Source of the DNA: Eubacteriales bacterium
GTDB lineage: Bacteria > Bacillota > Clostridia > Oscillospirales > CAG-272
Length of the DNA stretch: 64,000 bases
Assembly (NCBI GenBank): GCA_045600005.1
Contig: JAZRXB010000247.1
Location: forward strand, 51,070-115,069
Direction: 5' to 3'
The position numbers and the translations under genes are program-made. Position 1 is the stretch's first letter; each line of letters starts with the position of its first letter. This document shows positions 53,664 to 62,076 of the stretch, in pieces. Under the pieces are notes generated by a model that had not been told where the DNA came from, ran no database searches, and was given only the letters and a program-made list of their open reading frames with translations.

Positions 53664-55430
53664 TCAGTCGTAAAGCGGACCGTAAGCTGCGCAGGCGCGG
53701 TAATCGGCGTCCTCGAGATTGGCAGTGCCGAAAGCGGACCATGCGTGCGGACGGTAGACCTTGCACGGGCAGACGTTGTGCATCGAGATCGGGATGCGGA
53801 GCATCGAAGCCAGCGTGATGATGTCGGCACCGACGTGACCGTAGGTGAACGCGCCGTGGTTTGCGCCCCAGTTTGCCATGACGCTGTACACATCCTTGAA
53901 CGCGCCTTCGCCGGTGAGCGTGGGTGCGAACCAGATGGACGGCCAGGTCGGGTCGGTGCGGTCAAGCAGCGTGTGCGTGACTTCATCGGGAAGCTCGACG
54001 GTGTAGCCCTCGGCGATCTGGATGACCGGACCGAGCTTGTCGACGAGATTGACGCGGACCATCGTGACCGGCATTTCGCCCTTGCTGATATACTGGCTGG
54101 AGAATCCGCCGCCGCGGAAGTAGAGCTTGTTTGCGGGAGCCCACTTCGTTTCGGCGAGCATCGCGTTCATGTCCTCGTCGGTGACGTCCCACCACTTCTT
54201 CATGATCGACCTGCCGTCGGCGTCCTTCGACGCACCGTTGCCGTCGAGCGCGGAAGCGCCGGAGTTCAGCAGATGGATGAACCCGCCGGCAGCCTTGCCG
54301 GAGACTTCATAGCCGGCGACGCGTTTCACGGCGTCGGGACTCCAGTAGGTGCGCACGTCGGAGAAGACCGACGCCTGATTCGTGACGAGGTTCAGAAGCA
54401 GCATGGCGAGACCGTTCAGCGTGTCGTTTTCGGTAGCGAGGATGAACGGAGCGCGCTTGCCGTTCCAGTCGAAGCTCGTGTTGAGGATGGCTTCGGTGAA
54501 GTCGGCGTTCGGCTTGTAGTCGGTCCACTGACGCTGACCCTGAAAGCCGCCGAAGATCGCGTTGCGTCCGCAGGATTCCTCGACCCAGCCCATTTCGGCG
54601 AGCTTTTCGTTGCCGAGCATGATATCGCGGACGATCAGGGTCATCTTGGCGACGAACTCCCATTCCTTTTCATCCTGTTCGGGCGTGTTGACCAGCTCGC
54701 CCGCGTTGCACTCGCGTCCCTTTTCGCAGTTCTTCTTGATCCACGCGAGTTCCTTCTCGTATTCGTCGTGATCGTAGATGCCGAGGTCGATGCGGCGGAG
54801 GATCTCCACCATGTCGACCCACTCAGCGCGCACGCCGAGGTACTTCTGCATGAAATTACCGTCAAGGAACGAGCCGCCGATACCCATGGCGACCGAACCG
54901 AGCGCACAGTATGCCTTGTCGCGCATCATGCCGACCGCGATGGCGCAGCGTGCGAAGCGGAGGAGCTTTTCGGAAACGTCGTCCGGGATGGAGTGGTCGT
55001 CCATGTCCTGTACGTCGTGACCGTAGATGGCGAACGCCGGGAGACCTCTCTGCGCGTGAGCCGCCATGGCTGCCGCGAGATAGACCGCGCCGGGACGCTC
55101 GGTGCCGTTGAAGCCCCAGACCGCCTTGACGGTCAGAGGATCGAGGTCCATCGTTTCGCTGCCGTAGCACCAGCAGGGCGTGACGGACAGCGTGCCGACA
55201 ACATTGAAATTTTTGAATTTTTCGGCGCACATACCGGCTTCCCTGCCGCCGCCGATGGTGGTGTCCGCGATGACGCATTCGACCGGAGTGCCGTCCGGAT
55301 AGAAGCAGTTCTTTTCGATCAGTTCCTTAGCGGCGAGCGCCATGCCCATGGTCTGGTCTTCGAGACCTTCGCGGATGCCCTTGCGTCTGCCGTCGATGAT
55401 GGGACGGATGCCGATTACAGGTTTGCTCAT
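53664..55430 (-). CDS. fucI: L-fucose isomerase
   Basis: About 588 aa. MSKPVIGIRPIIDGRRKGIREGLEDQTM, SVTPCWCYGSETMD and the C-terminal GANHGAFTYGHVGADIITLASMLRIP are typical FucI blocks. GGAGA SD 7 nt before the ATG at 55430. Confidence 0.9.
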   Translation of the reverse strand: MSKPVIGIRPIIDGRRKGIREGLEDQTMGMALAAKELIEKNCFYPDGTPVECVIADTTIGGGREAGMCAEKFKNFNVVGTLSVTPCWCYGSETMDLDPLTVKAVWGFNGTERPGAVYLAAAMAAHAQRGLPAFAIYGHDVQDMDDHSIPDDVSEKLLRFARCAIAVGMMRDKAYCALGSVAMGIGGSFLDGNFMQKYLGVRAEWVDMVEILRRIDLGIYDHDEYEKELAWIKKNCEKGRECNAGELVNTPEQDEKEWEFVAKMTLIVRDIMLGNEKLAEMGWVEESCGRNAIFGGFQGQRQWTDYKPNADFTEAILNTSFDWNGKRAPFILATENDTLNGLAMLLLNLVTNQASVFSDVRTYWSPDAVKRVAGYEVSGKAAGGFIHLLNSGASALDGNGASKDADGRSIMKKWWDVTDEDMNAMLAETKWAPANKLYFRGGGFSSQYISKGEMPVTMVRVNLVDKLGPVIQIAEGYTVELPDEVTHTLLDRTDPTWPSIWFAPTLTGEGAFKDVYSVMANWGANHGAFTYGHVGADIITLASMLRIPISMHNVCPCKVYRPHAWSAFGTANLEDADYRACAAYGPLYD

Positions 55431-55519
55431 GATCATTTCTCCAATCTGATTTTTCAAAATGAGGAATTTCGTTTTCCGAACCGCCGTCCGGAAAAAATGA
55501 TAACGCCTTATACGGTTAT

Positions 55520-55548
55520 AGTATAGCATGAGGTTTGCATATGGTCAA
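55520..55548 (-). promoter_or_regulatory. sigma-A-type promoter of fucI, TTGACC-17-TATACT (minus strand)
   Basis: The reverse complement of 55520-55548 reads TTGACC-ATATGCAAACCTCATGC-TATACT. Confidence 0.55.
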
Positions 55549-55581
55549 TGAAATTTTCCGGTAAATATATGAATTTTCCGG
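55549..55581. promoter_or_regulatory. two direct repeats TGAA(A)TTTTCCGG, 21 nt apart, in the fucI/SBP divergent control region
   Basis: Copies at 55549-55561 and 55570-55581. The first abuts the fucI -35; the second lies 23 nt upstream of the SBP1 -35. Confidence 0.5.
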
Positions 55582-55604
55582 CAGAATGAATATAAAAATT
55601 CAGC

Positions 55605-55633
55605 TTGACAAACGAAAAAAAGAATGTTATACT
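55605..55633 (+). promoter_or_regulatory. sigma-A-type promoter, TTGACA-17-TATACT (SBP1)
   Basis: TTGACA at 55605-55610 and TATACT at 55628-55633, followed by AATGTACAG at 55637-55645. Confidence 0.65.
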
Positions 55634-55779
55634 GTGAATGTACAGGAAAAACCTCTCCGGGATATGCTGATCAGACCGGGCTTCCGGCGGAAAAAATCCT
55701 GTCATTGATTGGATTTTTTCAAAGCGGTCTTATTTGGCGTTCCCTGACCGGCTGAATATTCACAAAAGGAGAACTGATC

Positions 55780-57234
55780 ATGGCAAACAGCAAAATGCGC
55801 GTTTCCACCCTGCTTCTGGCTGCTCTGACGGCTGCGCAGACGCTCGCATCCTGCGGCGGCTCCGGCGGCACGACCGACACCCAGACGCCCGTTACCGGCG
55901 CGCCCGAAGAAAACAAACCCGTTTACTTCACCGACGCTCTCGGCGATATCAGCTTTGAGGGCGAGACCTTCACGCTCTATCGCGGCTGCCCGGTCGGCTA
56001 CTATATCATGGAGGAGGAGACCGGCGATATTCTGGACGACTCCATCTTCCTTCGCAACCGTCTCGTGGAGGAACGTCTCGGCATCACCCTCGACTACGTT
56101 GAATGCGCATTCAAGAGCGACGGCGGCAGTCAGGCGGAAGCGACCTCGACGATTCAGAGCTTCATCATGGCGGGCGACGACACCAACGATATTTATATCC
56201 ACGTTCAGCATACCGGTATGCCGGGTCTGATCGCGCAGGGCTGCTTCGTCAACTGGCGCACGGTCCCGAACCTCGATCTGACGCAGGACTACTGGTACCA
56301 GAGATGCCTTGACGATATCAACTATTACGACAAGGTGTTCGCCATGACCGGCGCGTACAACCTGACCTCTCTGAACGGCGCGAACTGCCTGTACTTCAAT
56401 AAGAACATCTGCGACGATCTCAAGATGGACTATCCTTACCAGATGGTTCTGGACGGCAAGTGGGTGTACGATAAATTCTACGACATGAGCAAGGCTGCCA
56501 CCATCGACGTCAACGGCGACGGCAAGATCGACGTGGACAACGACCAGATCGGCTACTACGGCTGGGGCTACGAACAGTATCCCGGCTTCTTCATGGGCAT
56601 GGGCGGCGACGTCGTTCTCAAGAAGGCGGACGGTTCTCCCGAGCTGAACATCAACAACGACCGCACGGTCGAGCTGATCGAGAAAATGAACAGGTTCTTC
56701 GCGCTGGAAGGCTCGAAGGTCGAATGGACCACCTACGGCATCATTCAGCCGAAGTTTGAAGCGGGCGAGGTCCTGTTCTATCACACCGGTCTGAATGCCG
56801 CTACCGGTCTGCGCGACATGGAAGACGACTTCGGCTTCATCCCGTATCCGAAGCTAAACGAGGCGCAGGACGGCTACCGCTGCCGCGTTCAGAACACGAC
56901 CTGCTTAACCTATATCCCTGTCACCAACAATCACCTTGACTTCACGGGCGCAGTCCTTGAAGTCCTCGCATCCTGCTCGTTCAATACTGTCGTTCCGGCA
57001 TTCTTCGATACGGTTCTTACCGTCAAGTCTTCCCGTGACACCGAGTCCGAGCAGATGATCCCGGTCATCCGCGACGCCTGCGCGTTCAACGACGAAGCCG
57101 CTACCGGCTTCTCGGTCAGAAACGCAGTCGACTCCGGCGGACTTGCCTCCTACTGGGCAGGCGTCGAAGCGACCGTTAAGGACGCCGTTCAGAAGAACAT
57201 CATCGACGTTTACGGTCCGGATTCCAAATTCTGA
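55780..57234 (+). CDS. extracellular solute-binding lipoprotein (large sugar-type ABC SBP), paralog 1
   Basis: Lipobox TLASCGGSG and the typical IMAGDDTNDIY block. An EF-hand/dockerin-like loop DVNGDGKIDVDND. No permease or ATPase gene nearby. Confidence 0.7.
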   Translation: MANSKMRVSTLLLAALTAAQTLASCGGSGGTTDTQTPVTGAPEENKPVYFTDALGDISFEGETFTLYRGCPVGYYIMEEETGDILDDSIFLRNRLVEERLGITLDYVECAFKSDGGSQAEATSTIQSFIMAGDDTNDIYIHVQHTGMPGLIAQGCFVNWRTVPNLDLTQDYWYQRCLDDINYYDKVFAMTGAYNLTSLNGANCLYFNKNICDDLKMDYPYQMVLDGKWVYDKFYDMSKAATIDVNGDGKIDVDNDQIGYYGWGYEQYPGFFMGMGGDVVLKKADGSPELNINNDRTVELIEKMNRFFALEGSKVEWTTYGIIQPKFEAGEVLFYHTGLNAATGLRDMEDDFGFIPYPKLNEAQDGYRCRVQNTTCLTYIPVTNNHLDFTGAVLEVLASCSFNTVVPAFFDTVLTVKSSRDTESEQMIPVIRDACAFNDEAATGFSVRNAVDSGGLASYWAGVEATVKDAVQKNIIDVYGPDSKF

Positions 57235-57263
57235 TTTTCACAATTCAAAGGTCCGATCGGACG

Positions 57264-57297
57264 AACCGGCTGCCGCAGGTATGGCAGCCGGTTTTCC
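57264..57297 (+). terminator. rho-independent terminator after SBP1
   Basis: AACCGGCTGCC-GCAGGTAT-GGCAGCCGGTT followed by TTCC. Confidence 0.7.
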
Positions 57298-57448
57298 GTC
57301 ATATGATATATTATGTTATGAAGAAAAACATCCGTGAGGACCTGCCGTTTCGGTTCCGGATGCGGCGCGGTCTGCGGTCTGAAACCTGTTTTATCGGAAT
57401 TTTGGGATTTTTCGGCGGAAAATCTATCAAAAAATGCAAAAACTGTGC

Positions 57449-57477
57449 TTGACAAATGCCTGAAAGGATGATATACT
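57449..57477 (+). promoter_or_regulatory. sigma-A-type promoter, TTGACA-17-TATACT (SBP2)
   Basis: TTGACA at 57449-57454 and TATACT at 57472-57477. Confidence 0.65.
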
Positions 57478-57559
57478 ATCCTTGTGTAAAGAGATTTGTG
57501 CTTCACACAGATTTCCGGTTTTCGCAAATACGAAAATAATTCAGAAAGGAAAGTTAATC

Positions 57560-59014
57560 ATGGCAAACAGCAAAATGCGCGTTTCCACGCTGCTTCTGGC
57601 TGCTCTGATGGCAGCGCAGACGCTCGCATCCTGCGGCGGCTCCGGCAGCACGACTGACACTCAGGCTCCTGTGACCAATGCACCCGAAGAAGACAAGCCT
57701 GTCTACTTCACCGACAGTCTCGGCGACATCCGTTTTGACGGCGAGACCTTCACACTCTACCGCGGCTATCCGACCGGCTCCTATATCATGGAAGAAGAAA
57801 CCGGCGATATCCTCGACGACTCCATCTTCCTGCGCAACCGTCTCGTTGAAGAGCGTCTTGGCATCACCCTCGACTACGTTGAGTGCAACTTCAAGACCGA
57901 CGGTTCCAGCCAGTCTGAAGCAACCTCCACGATCTCGAGCTTCATCATGGCAGGCGACGACACCAACGACGTTTATGTCCACGTTCAGCACACCGGTATG
58001 CCGGGTCTGATCGCACAGGGCTGCTTCGTCAACTGGCGCACGGTTCCGAACCTCGACCTGTCTCAGGATTACTGGTATCAGAGATGCCTTGACGACATCA
58101 ACTACTACGACAAGGTATTCGCCATGACCGGCGCTTACAACCTGTCCTCCCTGACCGGCGCAAACTGCCTGTACTTCAACAAGAACATCTGCGACGACCT
58201 CAAGATGGACTATCCTTATCAGGATGTTCTGGACGGCAAGTGGATCTATGACAAGTTCTATGACATGACCAAGGCTGCTACCATCGACGTCAACGGCGAC
58301 GGCAAGATCGACGTTGACAACGACCAGCTCGGTTACTTCGGCTGGGGCTACGAACAGTATCCCGGCTTCTTCATGGGCATGGGCGGCGACTCCGTTCTGA
58401 AGAAGGCTGACGGTTCTCCCGAACTGAACATCAACAACGACCGCACCATCGAGCTTGTCGAAAAGATGAACAAGTTCTTCCAGCTGGAAGGCTCGAAGGT
58501 CGAATGGACCACCTACGGCATCATTCAGCCGAAGTTCTCGGCAGGTGAGTGCCTGTTCTACCACACCGGTCTGTCCGCTGCTACCAGTCTGCGCGACATG
58601 GAAGACGACTTCGGCTTCATTCCGTATCCGAAGCTCAACGAGGCTCAGGAAGGCTATCGCTGCCGTGTTCAGAACACGACCTGCTTAACCTATATCCCGG
58701 TCACCAACAATCACCTTGACTTCACGGGCGCTGTCCTTGAAGTCCTCGCATCCTGCTCGTACAACACTGTCGTTCCGGCATTCTTCGATACCGTTCTTAC
58801 CGTCAAGTCTTCCCGTGATACCGAGTCCGAGCTGATGGTTCCGGTCATCCGCGAAGCCTGCGCATTCAATGACGAAGCGATCAGCGGCTTTGCCATCAGA
58901 AACGCTGTCGACTCCGGCGGACTTGCTTCCTACTGGGCAGGTGTTGAAAACACCGTTAAGGATTCCCTCCAGAAGAACATCATCGACGTTTACGGTCCGG
59001 ATTCCAAGCTCTGA
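57560..59014 (+). CDS. extracellular solute-binding lipoprotein, paralog 2 (tandem duplicate of 55780-57234)
   Basis: Same length class and collinear sequence: identical MANSKMRVSTLLLAAL...TLASCGGSG, with most blocks conserved to the C-terminal IIDVYGPDSK. Confidence 0.7.
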   Translation: MANSKMRVSTLLLAALMAAQTLASCGGSGSTTDTQAPVTNAPEEDKPVYFTDSLGDIRFDGETFTLYRGYPTGSYIMEEETGDILDDSIFLRNRLVEERLGITLDYVECNFKTDGSSQSEATSTISSFIMAGDDTNDVYVHVQHTGMPGLIAQGCFVNWRTVPNLDLSQDYWYQRCLDDINYYDKVFAMTGAYNLSSLTGANCLYFNKNICDDLKMDYPYQDVLDGKWIYDKFYDMTKAATIDVNGDGKIDVDNDQLGYFGWGYEQYPGFFMGMGGDSVLKKADGSPELNINNDRTIELVEKMNKFFQLEGSKVEWTTYGIIQPKFSAGECLFYHTGLSAATSLRDMEDDFGFIPYPKLNEAQEGYRCRVQNTTCLTYIPVTNNHLDFTGAVLEVLASCSYNTVVPAFFDTVLTVKSSRDTESELMVPVIREACAFNDEAISGFAIRNAVDSGGLASYWAGVENTVKDSLQKNIIDVYGPDSKL

Positions 59015-59043
59015 TTTCCTTCGGTTCTGAACAAATCCGAATA

Positions 59044-59081
59044 AAAAACGGGCTGACGCAGCTGCGGCAGTCGGTTTTTTT
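59044..59081 (+). terminator. terminator after SBP2
   Basis: An A-run, an imperfect 11-bp stem (2 mismatches), then TTTTTTT at 59075-59081. Confidence 0.55.
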
Positions 59082-59144
59082 GCGCGATGGACGCACTTAC
59101 AGCCTGCATACATGAGAATAGGACGACAATTTACGAAAAAAACA

Positions 59145-59172
59145 TTGACATTATCAAAATAACTGCTATAAT
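59145..59172 (+). promoter_or_regulatory. sigma-A-type promoter, TTGACA-16-TATAAT (GRE operon)
   Basis: TTGACA at 59145-59150 and TATAAT at 59167-59172, followed by AATGTACAT at 59175-59183. Confidence 0.6.
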
Positions 59173-59226
59173 ATAATGTACATAGTCCTGCCGTCCGAGA
59201 CGGCGGAAGCAGAAAGGAAAACTGCC

Positions 59227-61197
59227 ATGTCAGAAATTCTTCTCAATTACATTCTGGAAAAGAAGCATCACGCTTTCCGTACCGACTATACCGAAAATCT
59301 TTCCGCCCTGTACAGCGCACAGGGACTCTCTCCCGAAGAGCGCATGGCGGACCGCTTCGAGCGCCTGACGAAGGCGCAGGTCCCGCACATCCTGCCCGAC
59401 GAACAGATCGTCTTCGTCCGCACGACGAAGCAGACCCCCGACTGCTTTACCGAGGATGAGTGGAAAAAGATCAAGTCCGAGCATTTTATCCACGAGCTTG
59501 GCTACAACTCCAACCTTTCCCCCGACTTCGAGCGTGTGATCGCGTCGGGTCTTCTCGCCTGCCGCGAGACTGCCGACGAGTACGGCAGGCGCGCCATCGA
59601 CAACCTGATCGCGCTGGCCGACCGCTACAAGGCGGAGGCTGAGCGTGTCGGACGCACCGACGTCGCGGACGTTCTGACCCGTGTGCCGCGCTATGCGCCG
59701 ACCTCCTTCCGCGAAGCGCTCCAGTTCTTCCGCATCCTCCACTTCGCGCTCTGGCTCGAAGGCAACTACCACAACACCTGCGGCCGGTTCGACAAGTATA
59801 TGTACCCCTACTTCAAGGCCGACATGGACAAGGGCGTGCTGAACGAGGAATCCGCGCTCGCGCTCATCGAGGACTTCTTCCTCTCCTTCAACAAGGACAG
59901 CGACCTGTACGTCGGCGTTCAGCAGGGCGACAACGGTCAGTCGATGGTCCTCGGCGGCATCGACGAAAACGGGAACGACTGCTTCACCGAGCTGTCGAAG
60001 CTCTGCCTCGTAGCCAGCCGCAACCTCAAGATGATCGACCCGAAGATCAACCTCCGCGTCTCGAAGAAAACTCCGATCGAACAGTATCTGCTCGGCACCG
60101 AGCTGACCCGCGCCGGTCTGGGCTTCCCGCAGTATTCCAACGACGACGTGGTCATCCCCGCGCTGATCGCAAAGGGCTACGCGCCGGAGGACGCGCCGAA
60201 CTACGTGCTCGCGGCGTGCTGGGAGTTCATCATTCCGAAGTGCGGCGGCGACGTCGCCAACATCGGTGCCATGTCCTATCCGAAGGCGGTCGACACCGTG
60301 CTGCACGGAAAGTTCGTCGACTGCAGGACCTTCGATGAGGTGATGGAAGCGGTCAACGCCGAGATCGTCTCGATGTGCGATAAGATCACGGCGAACGTCC
60401 GGAATCTCTGGTTCGTTCCCTCGCCCTTCATGAACGTTATGATGGACGACATCAAATACCGCAACTTCGGCGTACACGGCACGGGCATCTCCACCGCCGC
60501 CGACTCGCTCGCCGCGATCAAGAAATACGTCTTTGACGAAAAGCTCGTCAGCGCGAAGGAAATGCTCGACGCGGTGAACGACAATTTCGAGCATACGCCC
60601 GATCTGCTCAACCGTCTGAGAAACGAAGCGCCCAAGATGGGCAACAACGACGATTACGTCGACGGGATCTCGGTCGCTCTGCTCGATATGTTCGGCAAGG
60701 CGCTCGAAGGCAGAAAGAACTGCTGCGGCGGCATCTGGCGCGCCGGCACCGGCTCCGCAATGTACTATCTGTGGCACGCAAATGAGCTGGGCGCATCTCC
60801 CGACGGCAGACGCTGCGGCGAAGCCTTCGGCACGAACTTCTCGGTCAGCCTGTTCGCAAAGATCGCCGGACCGGTCTCGGTCATCAAGTCCTTCACCAAG
60901 CAGCATTTTGCGAACGCCATCAACGGCGGTCCTCTGACGCTCGAATTCCACAACAGCGTCTTCAAGGGCGAGGATTCGATCGCGAAGGTCGCAGGGCTCG
61001 TCAAATACTATATCGACAACGGCGGACATCAGCTCCAGCTCAACGCCGTCAACCTTGAGACCATGAAGGACGCGCAGCTGCATCCCGAAAACCACACCCG
61101 CCTTGTCGTGAGGATCTGGGGCTGGTCGGCTTACTTTGTCGAGCTTGACAAGGAATTCCAGGATCACGTCATCGCGCGTCAGGAATATTCCATCTGA
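59227..61197 (+). CDS. glycyl radical enzyme, PFL2/eliminase-like, unusually short (656 aa)
   Basis: C-terminal glycyl motif LVVRIWGWSAYFVELDKEFQDHVIARQEY. The Cys loop LAACWEF aligns with GCVEP. DGRRCGEAFG and FDKYMYPYF family blocks are present. SD GAAAGGA precedes the ATG at 59227. Confidence 0.88.
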   Translation: MSEILLNYILEKKHHAFRTDYTENLSALYSAQGLSPEERMADRFERLTKAQVPHILPDEQIVFVRTTKQTPDCFTEDEWKKIKSEHFIHELGYNSNLSPDFERVIASGLLACRETADEYGRRAIDNLIALADRYKAEAERVGRTDVADVLTRVPRYAPTSFREALQFFRILHFALWLEGNYHNTCGRFDKYMYPYFKADMDKGVLNEESALALIEDFFLSFNKDSDLYVGVQQGDNGQSMVLGGIDENGNDCFTELSKLCLVASRNLKMIDPKINLRVSKKTPIEQYLLGTELTRAGLGFPQYSNDDVVIPALIAKGYAPEDAPNYVLAACWEFIIPKCGGDVANIGAMSYPKAVDTVLHGKFVDCRTFDEVMEAVNAEIVSMCDKITANVRNLWFVPSPFMNVMMDDIKYRNFGVHGTGISTAADSLAAIKKYVFDEKLVSAKEMLDAVNDNFEHTPDLLNRLRNEAPKMGNNDDYVDGISVALLDMFGKALEGRKNCCGGIWRAGTGSAMYYLWHANELGASPDGRRCGEAFGTNFSVSLFAKIAGPVSVIKSFTKQHFANAINGGPLTLEFHNSVFKGEDSIAKVAGLVKYYIDNGGHQLQLNAVNLETMKDAQLHPENHTRLVVRIWGWSAYFVELDKEFQDHVIARQEYSI

Positions 61198-61202
61198 CCG
61201 CC

Positions 61203-62018
61203 ATGACCGGAACGGTATTCGACATCAAGGAGTTTTCGGTGCATGACGGGCCCGGCGCACGGACGACCGTGTTCGTCAAGGGCTGCCCGCTTTCCTGCAA
61301 ATGGTGTCACAATCCGGAAGGGCTTTCCCCGAAGCCCGAGCTGATGGTCAAAACCGCCCGCTGCCGTCACTGCGGGCGGTGCATGAAGCCCTGTGATCAT
61401 CCCGAATGCCAGTCGTTCGGACGCTGCCTGCACGCCTGCCCGGACGGGCTGATCTCGGTGGCGGGGAAGCTCTGGGAGACCGGAGACCTCGCGGCGTATT
61501 TATTGAAAAACGCCGATTTCATGAACGCCTGCGGCGGCGGCGTGACGATCTCCGGCGGCGAGCCGACCATGCAGGCGGAATTCGTCGCGGAGCTTCTCGA
61601 TAAGCTGTCCTCCGTCCACCGCGCGGTACAGACCTGCGGCTATACGACCGGCGAACGCTTCATGAGCATCGTCGACCGGGTGGAGCTGGTCATGATGGAC
61701 ATCAAGCTCGCCGACCCGGCGGAGCATAAAAGGTGGTGCGGCGTGGACAACGCTCCCATCCTTGAAAATTTCAGACGTCTGAAAGCAAGCGGCAGAGAGC
61801 ATATCATCCGCGTCCCGCTGATCCCCGATATCACCGACACGCGCGAAAATCTCGCCGCCGTCTCGAAGATCGTCGGAAACAGCCGGGTCGAGCTGCTGCC
61901 CTACAACAATCTCGCGGGCGCGAAATACGCGAGCGTCGGCAGAGTCTATACGCTGCCCGACGCGAAGAACCGCGAGATCGACCTCTCGCTGTTTGAAAAC
62001 GCCGCGCTGCGCGCGTGA
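61203..62018 (+). CDS. glycyl-radical enzyme activating protein (radical SAM)
   Basis: FSVHDGPGARTTVFVKGCPLSCKWCHNPE (CX3CX2C), a ferredoxin-like Cys-rich insert (CRHCGRCMKPC...CLHACP) and GGVTISGGEP. It starts 5 nt after the GRE stop. Confidence 0.9.
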   Translation: MTGTVFDIKEFSVHDGPGARTTVFVKGCPLSCKWCHNPEGLSPKPELMVKTARCRHCGRCMKPCDHPECQSFGRCLHACPDGLISVAGKLWETGDLAAYLLKNADFMNACGGGVTISGGEPTMQAEFVAELLDKLSSVHRAVQTCGYTTGERFMSIVDRVELVMMDIKLADPAEHKRWCGVDNAPILENFRRLKASGREHIIRVPLIPDITDTRENLAAVSKIVGNSRVELLPYNNLAGAKYASVGRVYTLPDAKNREIDLSLFENAALRA

Positions 62019-62076
62019 ACGTTATTGTGTGCTGTCACAAATGATAAACCGTTTCTGTGAAGGAAAGGAACACGAC

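Noticed and set aside
59227-62018. Annotating the GRE as the fucose-pathway 1,2-propanediol dehydratase, or as pyruvate formate-lyase.
   Set aside because: There are no microcompartment shell, aldehyde dehydrogenase or PduL/PduP-type genes nearby. The protein is much shorter than those enzymes. The Cys loop is single-Cys (ACWEF) rather than the PFL Cys-Cys pair, so no specific function is assigned.
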